From Acidobacteriota bacterium (GTDB lineage: Bacteria; Acidobacteriota; Blastocatellia; Pyrinomonadales; Pyrinomonadaceae), in the NCBI GenBank assembly GCA_038040505.1, contig JBBPID010000014.1, positions 8,588 through 72,587 of the forward strand: a stretch of 64,000 nt of DNA. The letters are read 5' to 3'. The position numbers were made by a program, and so were the translations under genes. Positions 1 to 7,808 of this stretch are shown here, in pieces. Numbering within the stretch: the first letter of the stretch is position 1; each line of letters begins with the position of its first letter. Below the pieces are notes generated by a model. It worked only from the letters and a program-made list of their open reading frames with translations. It did not search any database and was not told the DNA's origin.

Positions 1-98
1 TGACCGTGAATATCGAAGGGGGCCGCGCCGCGAGTCTCTCTGTGAAGCAGGGAACCAATACCACAATTTTCAAGCGTGTCGAAGAAACGAAACAGTAG
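1..98 (+). CDS. 3' end of an unidentified CDS entering from the left edge (partial)
   Basis: Open frame phased from nt 3 reads TVNIEGGRAASLSVKQGTNTTIFKRVEETKQ, then TAG at 96-98. No start lies in the window, and the product is not recognisable from 31 residues. Confidence 0.3.
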   Translation, partial: TVNIEGGRAASLSVKQGTNTTIFKRVEETKQ

Positions 99-100
99 TA

Positions 101-171
101 GTGGGCGGTTGGCAGTGAGCAGTGAGCAGTCGGCAGTGGGCAGTGGGCAGTGAGCAGTGAGCAGTGAGCAG
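101..171. repeat. Tandem heptamer array, about 10 units of GTGAGCA/GTGGGCA
   Basis: Read directly: gtgggcg gttggca gtgagca gtgagca gtcggca gtgggca gtgggca gtgagca gtgagca gtgagca. It lies between the upstream stop (96-98) and the next start (216). Confidence 0.9.
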
Positions 172-215
172 TTTCGAAAAGCGGCATAGCCGAATCCTAT
201 TCCAGGAAACAAATT

Positions 216-1577
216 ATGAAGCGACTAACTCTCTTTCTCCTGATTCTATCTTTCGGTTCTCTTGACGCGCGCGCGCAAAACTGGTCGCAGTTTCGCGGGC
301 CGGGCGCCTCAGGCGTAGTCGAAGGGCAGCCCACTTCGGTCAACTGGAACGCGGAAAAATCCGTCAATATGCGTTGGAAGATTTCGGTGCCCGGCCTGGG
401 ACACTCGAGCCCGATCGTCTGGGGAAACAAAATATTCGTTACCACTGCGGTGACGAGCGCGGCCAAGGACGAGACTCGCTATGGTCTCTTCGGCGACGTG
501 GCGCCCGTAAAAAATGATCCAAAGCACACCTGGAAGGTTTATGCCCTTGATAAGCAGACCGGGAAAATCCTGTGGGAGCGAATAGCTTACGAAGGATTGC
601 CGAAGGTCAAAAGGCATCCTAAATCCACTCATGCTGATTCCACGCCGGTCACGGATGGAAAATACCTGATCGCTCTGTTCGGATCGCACGGCCTCTATGC
701 TTACGACCTGAACGGAAAGCTTTTGTGGAAACAGGATCTGGGCGTGCTCGACGCGGGCTGGTTCTACGATCCCGACTATCAGTGGGAATACGGAAGCTCG
801 CCGATCATCTATCGCGATCTGATCATCATCCAGGCGGACGTTCAGAAAGATTCTTTCATAGCCGCCTACCACATCAAGACCGGGAAGCTCGCCTGGAAAA
901 CGCCGCGCGAAGAGATTTCGAGTTGGGGGACGCCCACGGTCTACGAAGGGAAAACCCGGGCTGAACTGATCACCAACGGCTCGAAAGCCATCCGTGGCTA
1001 CGATCCTTTAACCGGTAAAGAGTTGTGGCGACTGACTCCGAATTCAGAGGTCACCACCCCAACTCCGATTGTGGCGCACGATCTTATATACGTGACTAGT
1101 GGCTATCGCCCGATTCAACCGATCTATGCAATCCGGCTGGGTGCGTCGGGAGATATCACGCTCAAGGACGGAAAAGAATCGTCCGAACAAATCGCGTGGA
1201 GCAAAACCCGTGGTGGCCCCTACATGCCGACGCCAATTGTGTATGGCGATGTTTTTTACACATGCTCAAATCAGGGCGTGCTGACGGCTTACAACGCCAA
1301 GACCGGCGAGCGACTCTATCAGGAGAGACTTGGCGGCAAGGGCGGCGCGTTTACCGCCTCGCCGATCGCCTCGGATGGCAAGATTTATTTGTCGAGCGAG
1401 GACGGCGACATCTTTGTGGTGAAGGCTGGTCCCAAGTATGAGCTCTTGTCGACCAACGCCGTTGGTGAGGTGATGATGGCGACGCCGGCGATCTCCGACG
1501 GGCTGGTGATCGTGAGAGGAGTCAATCACCTCTTCGCCTTCGGCGAAGGAACGAAAAAAGCCTCTAACCCGGAATAG
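216..1577 (+). CDS. Secreted PQQ-like (BamB-like) beta-propeller repeat protein, paralog 1
   Basis: 453-aa ORF. Signal peptide MKRLTLFLLILSFGSLDARA is followed at once by QNWSQFRGPG. Recurring blade motifs: VYALDKQTGKILWE, LYAYDLNGKLLWK, IAAYHIKTGKLAWK, IRGYDPLTGKELWR, LTAYNAKTGERLY. Confidence 0.85.
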   Translation: MKRLTLFLLILSFGSLDARAQNWSQFRGPGASGVVEGQPTSVNWNAEKSVNMRWKISVPGLGHSSPIVWGNKIFVTTAVTSAAKDETRYGLFGDVAPVKNDPKHTWKVYALDKQTGKILWERIAYEGLPKVKRHPKSTHADSTPVTDGKYLIALFGSHGLYAYDLNGKLLWKQDLGVLDAGWFYDPDYQWEYGSSPIIYRDLIIIQADVQKDSFIAAYHIKTGKLAWKTPREEISSWGTPTVYEGKTRAELITNGSKAIRGYDPLTGKELWRLTPNSEVTTPTPIVAHDLIYVTSGYRPIQPIYAIRLGASGDITLKDGKESSEQIAWSKTRGGPYMPTPIVYGDVFYTCSNQGVLTAYNAKTGERLYQERLGGKGGAFTASPIASDGKIYLSSEDGDIFVVKAGPKYELLSTNAVGEVMMATPAISDGLVIVRGVNHLFAFGEGTKKASNPE

Positions 1578-1668
1578 ATTGATCGAGATGGGCTCCGAGT
1601 CGCTGGCGTATCGGAGGCAAGGAGCGCCGCTAGTACGCTGATTGGAAAATTTGTGTTTGTCCGCTTGG

Positions 1669-1747
1669 GGTAAGAACGATCCACGAAATCACACGAAACG
1701 GCACGAACAAGCAACTCGCGGTTCGTGTATTTCGTGGATATCTTACC
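1669..1747. repeat. Palindromic intergenic element, family A copy 1 (GATCCACGAAA..CACACGAA / TTCGTG..TTTCGTGGATC)
   Basis: Arms ggtaagaacgatccacgaaatcacacgaa and ttcgtgtatttcgtggatatcttacc are inverted complements. Related copies lie at 5081, 17745, 19589 and 60716. Confidence 0.85.
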
Positions 1748-1856
1748 GCCGGCAAAAGCAAAATAGGGCATTGACTCGCGCGGCGAATACAGGGCTTCCG
1801 GTTGGTCCGCAGTCTTACTTGAATGTTAATCCGATAAGAACAAAAGGAACCGCATA

Positions 1857-3194
1857 ATGAAAACTTCTTCGACACTCAGAATTCCCCTCGTGATCGCTCT
1901 TATTTCGTCTCTGACGTTCTTAAGCACAACTGCCTGGGCTGCTAATTGGCCGCAATGGCGAGGCCCGGGAGGCATGGGTGTCTCAACCGAAAAGAACCTG
2001 CCTGCCGAATGGAGCACCACCAAGAACATCAAGTGGAAAACGCCCATCGCTGGGCGCGCCCACTCTTCGCCGGTCGTTTGGGGAAACCGAATCTTTTTGA
2101 CCACCGCGATTGAAGGACCAGTGGTGCCGGGCGCCAAGGCCGTCAAGCACATGGATGGAGACAAGGAATTTCTGCATCCCGACAGCATCGGCGCCGATCG
2201 CAAACACACCTTTAAGGTGATTTGCCTTAGCGCCACCAACGGCAAAGTTCTCTGGGAACAAACCGCGTTCGAGGGAACGCCTTACGACAATTACCACCGC
2301 AAGAGCTCCTTTGCCGCTTCAACTCCGGCGACGGACGGCAAACTTGTCTTCGCCTTTTTCGGGACCGAAGGGCTCTATGCCTATGACATGAACGGGAAGC
2401 TGGCCTGGAAGGCCGACCTCGGCAAGCTGGGCACAGTCGGGATGGGGACGGGAACCTCGCCCATCCTGTCGGACAATTTCGTCATCGTGCAATGCGACGA
2501 AGAGAATGGCGCAGCTTCGTTCATCGTGGCGCTTGATAAGAAAACGGGCAAAGAGGCATGGCGCTCACCGCGCAAAATCCAGGTGAGTTGGGCCACGCCG
2601 ATTCTGGTGACGACGGCCAAGCGATCGGAACTAATCACCAGCGGCACGGAAGCCATCATTGCCTATGATCCGGCCACCGGGAAAGAGCTCTGGCGGCACA
2701 AAGGCGTCGAGAGCAACGCCATTCCTTCGCCGGTGGCGAACCAGGAACTAGTCTTTGTCAGCGCGGGCTTTCCGGCCAAGATCGCGATGGCGATTCGCCT
2801 CGGCGAGTCCGGAGATCTGACTGATTCCAAGAACGTCATCTGGAAGTATGCCAAGGGCACTGCTTATGTGCCGTCGCCAATTTTGTATGGCGACTATCTC
2901 TACCTGACGACTGATCGGGGAATCCTGACCTGTCTCGACGCAAAAACCGGCGAGGTGAAATACGAAGGAGGCCGCATTCCGATTCCGGCCACCTTCACCG
3001 CGTCACCCGTCGCTTTCGACGGCAAGATTCTTTTGACCAGTGAGGACGGGGACACGTTTATTGTGAAAGCCGGGCCGAAACACGAGATTTTGGGGACCAA
3101 TTCTGTGGGCGAGCCGGTCTATGCCTCGCCGGCGATTTCGGATCAAAAGATCTTTATTCGCGGCGAGCACAATCTCTACGCCATCGGGAATTGA
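1857..3194 (+). CDS. Secreted PQQ-like beta-propeller repeat protein, paralog 2
   Basis: 445-aa ORF. Signal peptide ends TTAWA, then [13 protein letters not shown]. Blades: [67 protein letters not shown]. Collinear with paralog 1. Confidence 0.85.
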   Translation: MKTSSTLRIPLVIALISSLTFLSTTAWAANWPQWRGPGGMGVSTEKNLPAEWSTTKNIKWKTPIAGRAHSSPVVWGNRIFLTTAIEGPVVPGAKAVKHMDGDKEFLHPDSIGADRKHTFKVICLSATNGKVLWEQTAFEGTPYDNYHRKSSFAASTPATDGKLVFAFFGTEGLYAYDMNGKLAWKADLGKLGTVGMGTGTSPILSDNFVIVQCDEENGAASFIVALDKKTGKEAWRSPRKIQVSWATPILVTTAKRSELITSGTEAIIAYDPATGKELWRHKGVESNAIPSPVANQELVFVSAGFPAKIAMAIRLGESGDLTDSKNVIWKYAKGTAYVPSPILYGDYLYLTTDRGILTCLDAKTGEVKYEGGRIPIPATFTASPVAFDGKILLTSEDGDTFIVKAGPKHEILGTNSVGEPVYASPAISDQKIFIRGEHNLYAIGN

Positions 3195-3213
3195 GGAGTG
3201 GCACTGGCCCCAA

Positions 3214-3300
3214 ATTTCACGGCGCATAGAGTACCGACTTTTAGTTGGGTTCTTCTCGTCGTCAGGACAAAGCCCGACTAAAGTCGGTACTCTAAAACCG
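3214..3300. repeat. Palindromic intergenic element, family B copy 1 (AGAGTACCGACTTTAGTCGGGC core)
   Basis: Its reverse complement is nearly identical over about 87 nt to 31024-31112. Each end is itself a small hairpin (ccgac-tttt-agttgg / cccgac-taaa-gtcgg). Confidence 0.85.
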
Positions 3301-3485
3301 CTTTTTCAAGTCGAGGTCGTTAATACAGTGGCGAGCCTTTTTTGTGGCAACCAGATTGCGACCGGTTCCCGGCGGAACATTTGGGGATCTCGGTACGTCT
3401 AACCAGTTAATAGATTTCCCGCTACAGCGTTAATAGGTTAGGTGCTATTGTGTTTGAATTAGGAATAGAGTGACACGGGCCCCCC

Positions 3486-5051
3486 GTGAACCACGCGCCA
3501 GATGCGCGGGCTACAAATAGAGTAAGTACTGCCATGTTTGAATCTCAAGAATCAACGCCCTGGTACCGTTCGGTTGCCGGCTTGATCGGCGCCTCAATCT
3601 TATTGCCGCCGGTTGGAATAGTTTTGCTGTGGACGCGACGGGGTACCGCACCTGCCGTAAAAGCTCTGGTGACGCTGGGCCTGGTGGCGCTCAGCGCCGG
3701 CTACGTCTTTCTCTTCATGCAACTGAGCCGGCGTTCGACCAACGCCCACTATGACGCGCTTGAGGCGAATCGCGCCCAGCAGGCTGCCCAGGCCGGCGCC
3801 TCTACGCAAACCGCTGCGGTTCCCGGTCAGCAAGCCGCGACTGCGACTGGTTCTCCGACCTTAAATCCGAACGAGACCGCCGCGGCGCACGCCGTCCGCA
3901 ACTACTGGACTAATTTTCGCGGTCCCAATCGGGATGGCCGTTACGATGAAATGGAGGTACTAACCACGTGGCCCGCGCAGGGTCCGCCGCTGCTATGGAA
4001 ACAGCCGATTGGGATCGGGTACGCCTCGTTTGTGGTCGCCGACGGTCGCGCGTACACGATTGAGCAACGACGCGGTAAAGAAGTGGCCGCGGCTTACGAC
4101 ATTAATACCGGACGAGAACTGTGGACGCAGAGCTGGAACGCCGACTACCGGGACTCAACGGGCGATGGTCCGCGCGCGACGCCCACCTGGGATGATGGCC
4201 GCCTATATGCGCTCGGCGCGACCGGTGAGCTGCGCGCTCTCGACGCCAAGACGGGCGCGGTGATCTGGGGAAAGAACATTCTTAGCGAAAACCAGGCTTC
4301 GAATTTGCCGTGGGCGATGGCTGCGTCACCGCTCGTGGTCGACGATAAGGTGATCGTGCTCCCCGGAGGGTCTTCGAACAATTCGGTTGTGGCCTATAAC
4401 AAAATGACGGGCGCGCCGGTCTGGAAATCACAGGGCGATCGCGCGGCCTATGTTTCGCCGATGCTGGTGACGCTGGCCGGTCACCGGCAGGTCATCGTAG
4501 TCAGCGCGTCGCGCGTGTTTGGACTCGAACCCGGCGACGGCTCTCTGTTATGGAGCTACAGTTGGGGAACAGACATGGGAATCAACGTTTCCCAGCCGAT
4601 CATCGTTGATAACAATCGCTTTTTCATTTCTTCTGGCTACGGCAAGGGCGCGGCCCTGGTCGAAGTTACCGGCAGCGGCAAGACCTTCAACGCCAAAACA
4701 ATCTGGGAAAACGTGAACATGAAGAACAAGTTCAATAGTTCCGTTCTTCACCAGGGCTTTGTTTACGGTTTGGACGAGGGAATTTTGGTGTGCGTCGATG
4801 TCAACACCGGCGAACGCAAATGGAAAGGCGGCCGGTATGGATACGGACAAGTAGTCCTGGCCAGTGGCCACTTGATTATTTCGACGGACCAGGGTGAGTT
4901 AGTGCTGGTCCGGGCCACTCCCGATCAACTTGCTGAAGTTGCACGCTTCTCAGCCCTCCAGGGCCAGACGTGGAACTACCCAGCCATTGCCGGCGGACGT
5001 CTGCTGGTGCGTAACGGGACCGAAATGGCTGCCTACAATATCGCGCGCTAA
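3486..5051 (+). CDS. Membrane-anchored PQQ-like beta-propeller repeat protein, paralog 3
   Basis: 521-aa ORF from GTG 3486; ATG 3534 is an alternative start. Two hydrophobic helices (LIGASILLPPVGIVLLW, LVTLGLVALSAGYVFLFM) and a Q/A-rich linker precede NYWTNFRGPNRDG. Blades: LRALDAKTGAVIWG, VVAYNKMTGAPVWK, VFGLEPGDGSLLWS, LVCVDVNTGERKWK. Confidence 0.8.
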   Translation: MNHAPDARATNRVSTAMFESQESTPWYRSVAGLIGASILLPPVGIVLLWTRRGTAPAVKALVTLGLVALSAGYVFLFMQLSRRSTNAHYDALEANRAQQAAQAGASTQTAAVPGQQAATATGSPTLNPNETAAAHAVRNYWTNFRGPNRDGRYDEMEVLTTWPAQGPPLLWKQPIGIGYASFVVADGRAYTIEQRRGKEVAAAYDINTGRELWTQSWNADYRDSTGDGPRATPTWDDGRLYALGATGELRALDAKTGAVIWGKNILSENQASNLPWAMAASPLVVDDKVIVLPGGSSNNSVVAYNKMTGAPVWKSQGDRAAYVSPMLVTLAGHRQVIVVSASRVFGLEPGDGSLLWSYSWGTDMGINVSQPIIVDNNRFFISSGYGKGAALVEVTGSGKTFNAKTIWENVNMKNKFNSSVLHQGFVYGLDEGILVCVDVNTGERKWKGGRYGYGQVVLASGHLIISTDQGELVLVRATPDQLAEVARFSALQGQTWNYPAIAGGRLLVRNGTEMAAYNIAR

Positions 5052-5080
5052 AGAGAATCCGCAGATTACGCTGATTAAGA

Positions 5081-5164
5081 AAAAAGCAATCCACGAATCC
5101 ACACGAAAGGCGCCTTTTCAGCGACTATTCGTGTTGTTTCGTGTGATTTAGTGGATCGCTTTTT
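5081..5164. repeat. Family A copy 2, nested inside a 14-bp outer inverted repeat (5058-5071 / 5218-5231)
   Basis: Arms are aaaaagcaatccacgaatccacacgaaa and tttcgtgtgatttagtggatcgcttttt. Outer arms tccgcagattacgc / gcgtaatctgcgga are perfect complements. Confidence 0.85.
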
Positions 5165-5234
5165 ACCTGGCTCAAAAGGAGTCCGAAAAGACTCTTAGCC
5201 ATTTCTGAGTCTTATCTGCGTAATCTGCGGATAG

Positions 5235-5726
5235 CTACTTCCTGGTAAAGATCCGCTTAGCCTCGTACGAAGCATTAGGGCTGTCGACGTACATGGCGAT
5301 GACCAGCTCGCCATTTGTAATTGTCCACTTACGCACCACCTGAGTAGTGGCCGGACCCTTAGGTGTTTCCGCGGTGGTCAGTTCGGTGATCAGAAACCCC
5401 TTGCCGTCCGGCATCCAACTGATCGTCCGCTTACCCTTCGGCGGCGTCTGTCCCGGGGGCGCCTGCGGCGTGAATTCCCGCTCCTGTCCGTCGAGCAGGT
5501 AAGTGTCCTTCACAGTCCTTTCGTTTCCCGGCTGAACCAGCTTCGTCTCAATAGTAATTTCGTTCGCCGTCTGAGTGACTGTCATCGTCTGGTTCATGTT
5601 GCCGGGCAGGCCGAAGCTTCTGGCCCGGTCCATCGACCACGACCCGTTGAAATCCGGTTTCTGCGCGAAGCTGACGCCGCACGCGAGTAGTAGTACCAGG
5701 GTTCCAAAAAGGGATTTCGTATTCAT
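5235..5726 (-). CDS. Small secreted beta-rich protein of unknown function
   Basis: 163-aa ORF with signal peptide MNTKSLFGTLVLLLACGVSFA. No catalytic motif recognised. Similar size and style to the ORF at 40057-40521. Confidence 0.55.
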   Translation of the reverse strand: MNTKSLFGTLVLLLACGVSFAQKPDFNGSWSMDRARSFGLPGNMNQTMTVTQTANEITIETKLVQPGNERTVKDTYLLDGQEREFTPQAPPGQTPPKGKRTISWMPDGKGFLITELTTAETPKGPATTQVVRKWTITNGELVIAMYVDSPNASYEAKRIFTRK

Positions 5727-5855
5727 GTTTTCAACTCCTGATTAAGACGTAAACACTCCTGGAAAGACCGTGTCTATTATCGCCAGCAACCCTCGTGCTG
5801 TCGACTTTTGCTGTCGTTTTTTCAGCCCGATTCATCGCTAAACGTGCACTGCGTA

Positions 5856-5912
5856 CCCAGCCGTAAAACGGCTGGGCTAGTAATCATTCAGGAAAGCCGC
5901 ATGAATGCGGCT
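5856..5912 (-). terminator. Two hairpins downstream of the antiporter gene (possible terminator)
   Basis: cccagccg-taaaa-cggctggg (5856-5876) and agccgcat-ga-atgcggct (5895-5912) lie just 3' of the stop at 5951 on the minus strand. The T-tract is only weak. Confidence 0.3.
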
Positions 5913-5950
5913 CGCGGCAAACGACTCTTTGATTTCTTCCTTGGACCACT

Positions 5951-7420
5951 TCAGACACGAAGGGGTTGGCCCTTTCTTTCAATTTTGACTAGCGCCAGCA
6001 GCGGCCCGGTCATGAAGGTCGTCACCAGCGCCATCAAGACCAGCATGGCGAATGCTCGCGCCGACAAGATGCCCGAATCATATCCGATGTTGAGCACGAT
6101 GAGTTCCACCAAACCACGCGTGTTCATCAACACTCCCAACGCAAATGAATCCTGCCAGTTCATTCCGGTCCAGCGCGCCATCAGCATGCTCGCTCCCAGC
6201 TTTCCGGCAACGGCGACGATGATGATTACTGCGCACATCAGCCAGCTTTGCCAATCGTTCAACAGGCTGATTTGCATGCGCAGACCAGTAAAGGCAAAGA
6301 AAAGCGGTAGCAGCGCCGCCGCGCTAAACGCTTCGAGCTTGTCTTTGAGCAGGTTGCACAGCCCCGATACTGATGACAACACCACTCCTGCCAGGAACGC
6401 GCCAAACAAAGCATGAATACCGATCGCTTCGGTGAGCAGCGCGCAGGCAAATACGAACGCGAGGGTGGCAGCGACCACACCTCGAGTGCGTTCGGACCAG
6501 TTCGGCCTCGCCGATAAAAGGCGACCCAGCTGCGGCTTGATGAACAGGAGCATGACGCCGATGAAGACCAGCGCCAGCGCAATCGTGAGAAACGCTGCGG
6601 CAAGTCCGTCTGATTTCGCGACTGCGATTACCAGAGCCAGCAGGCACCAGGCGGTGACGTCATCAACCGCCGCGCAGGTCAGCGCGATGATTCCGAGTTG
6701 TGTCTGGGACATTCCCCGATCGTCGAGAATGCGCGCCAGCACCGGAAAGGCTGTGATGCTCATCGCGATTCCCATAAACAGCGCAAACGCCGTGAAGGAA
6801 GTTTGCGCGGGCGCCACTGAGCGATAGAGCCAGAGCGCCAGCGCCGCGCCCAGGAAAAATGGGACCACGATGCTGGCGTGGCTAACCATTATCGCCGTGC
6901 GCGCTCGCTGGCGCAGTTGCCCCACATTCAGGTCCATCCCGACGACGAACATGAACAGGACTACCCCGATTTGACTGAGCAGCTTTAGCGCCTCCATCGA
7001 AGAAGCCGGAAAAAGAAAAGCCATCGTGCCGGGTGATATCAGTCCCAGCAGAGATGGGCCCAGGACAATTCCCGCGACGATCTCGCCCAGGACTGGAGGC
7101 TGACCCATCATTCGAAACAATCGCCCGATGAGCCGGGCCGAGACAATGATGACTACCAACTGCAGTAGCAGGATGCTGAGAGAGCTCCGCAGATTGTCGT
7201 GCAGGATTTTTTCAAGGAAGGTGAAAGTCGTTTCGGACTTTCCTGCCGCCGGCGCAAGCGAATCGTTTGATGCGGAAGTCTGGGCCTGCGACGGTGCGAC
7301 TGGTTGCGGCGAATTCTGACGCGAGCCAAGCGTCAAAATCAGCCAGACGCCCGCGACAAACAGCAGCAGCAGAGCGAAGTAGCCGAGATAATGCCCGGTG
7401 GTGAATCGAGTCTTTTCCAA
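5951..7420 (-). CDS. Cation:proton antiporter, CPA2 (Kef/NapA-like) family
   Basis: 489-aa ORF with TTG start and many hydrophobic helices. The motif PPVLGEIVAGIVLGPSLLG near the first core helix is typical of Na+(K+)/H+ exchangers. Confidence 0.85.
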   Translation of the reverse strand: MEKTRFTTGHYLGYFALLLLFVAGVWLILTLGSRQNSPQPVAPSQAQTSASNDSLAPAAGKSETTFTFLEKILHDNLRSSLSILLLQLVVIIVSARLIGRLFRMMGQPPVLGEIVAGIVLGPSLLGLISPGTMAFLFPASSMEALKLLSQIGVVLFMFVVGMDLNVGQLRQRARTAIMVSHASIVVPFFLGAALALWLYRSVAPAQTSFTAFALFMGIAMSITAFPVLARILDDRGMSQTQLGIIALTCAAVDDVTAWCLLALVIAVAKSDGLAAAFLTIALALVFIGVMLLFIKPQLGRLLSARPNWSERTRGVVAATLAFVFACALLTEAIGIHALFGAFLAGVVLSSVSGLCNLLKDKLEAFSAAALLPLFFAFTGLRMQISLLNDWQSWLMCAVIIIVAVAGKLGASMLMARWTGMNWQDSFALGVLMNTRGLVELIVLNIGYDSGILSARAFAMLVLMALVTTFMTGPLLALVKIERKGQPLRV

Positions 7421-7511
7421 TCAGCGCCTCGCGCATCTTCGAAACAATTGCCGGTCTATACGGCAAAAAGCTATTACCAGAAATATTCGAGGGTTACAAC
7501 AGAGTTTTGAT

Positions 7512-7557
7512 CCCTTCTCCATTTGGGAGAAGGGCCGGGGATGAGGGCGTAGGTGAG
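7512..7557. repeat. Short hairpin repeat, family G (CCCTTCTCC-loop-GGAGAAGGG followed by GGGGATGAGGGCGTAGGTGAGG)
   Basis: 9-bp stem read directly. An inverted, related copy lies at 36553-36588 (gccctcaccctaa ccctctccc agc gggagaggg). Confidence 0.7.
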
Positions 7558-7808
7558 GAACTCTGTTTTTTCCTTTGTGCCCGGCGGTGGCGAGTGCCAT
7601 TCACAGACGAATATCCATCCGAGGCCACGCCGCCGTAAAGCCCTGCATTGCTCACCAGGCGCCCCAGATGTTAATTTTTAATGGCCAATGAAACTAAGTA
7701 GTTAGCCGCGTCGTCTTATCAAGTTGAGCAACCGGCAGTGGCCAATCCCCAGAATCTCAAGCCGACTTTGAGTGAAGTTTCGAAGATACGCGTGCGCGAA
7801 CGAAGAGT

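Noticed and set aside
101-171. Possible CRISPR array, considered for the tandem 7/8-mer repeats here and at 29747, 39962, 45285 and 56896
   Set aside because: The units are 7-8 nt and directly abutting, with no spacers. No cas genes are in the window. The architecture is tandem array plus complementary array, not repeat-spacer.
309-872. Long antisense or alternative-frame ORFs inside real genes (e.g. 309-872, 5808-6416, 8994-9926, 30130-30927, 42193-42834, 54119-54691, 56308-56910)
   Set aside because: They overlap much longer ORFs that carry clear family motifs. Their translations are Arg/Ala/Gly/Pro-rich with no motifs, which is typical of spurious open frames in GC-rich DNA.
216-1577. The seven propeller proteins as genuine PQQ-dependent dehydrogenases
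   Set aside because: They are only about 410-520 aa and I did not recognise catalytic or PQQ/Ca-binding signatures. No pqqABCDE genes are present. The architecture fits non-catalytic PQQ-like/BamB-like propellers, but a proper HMM comparison is still needed.
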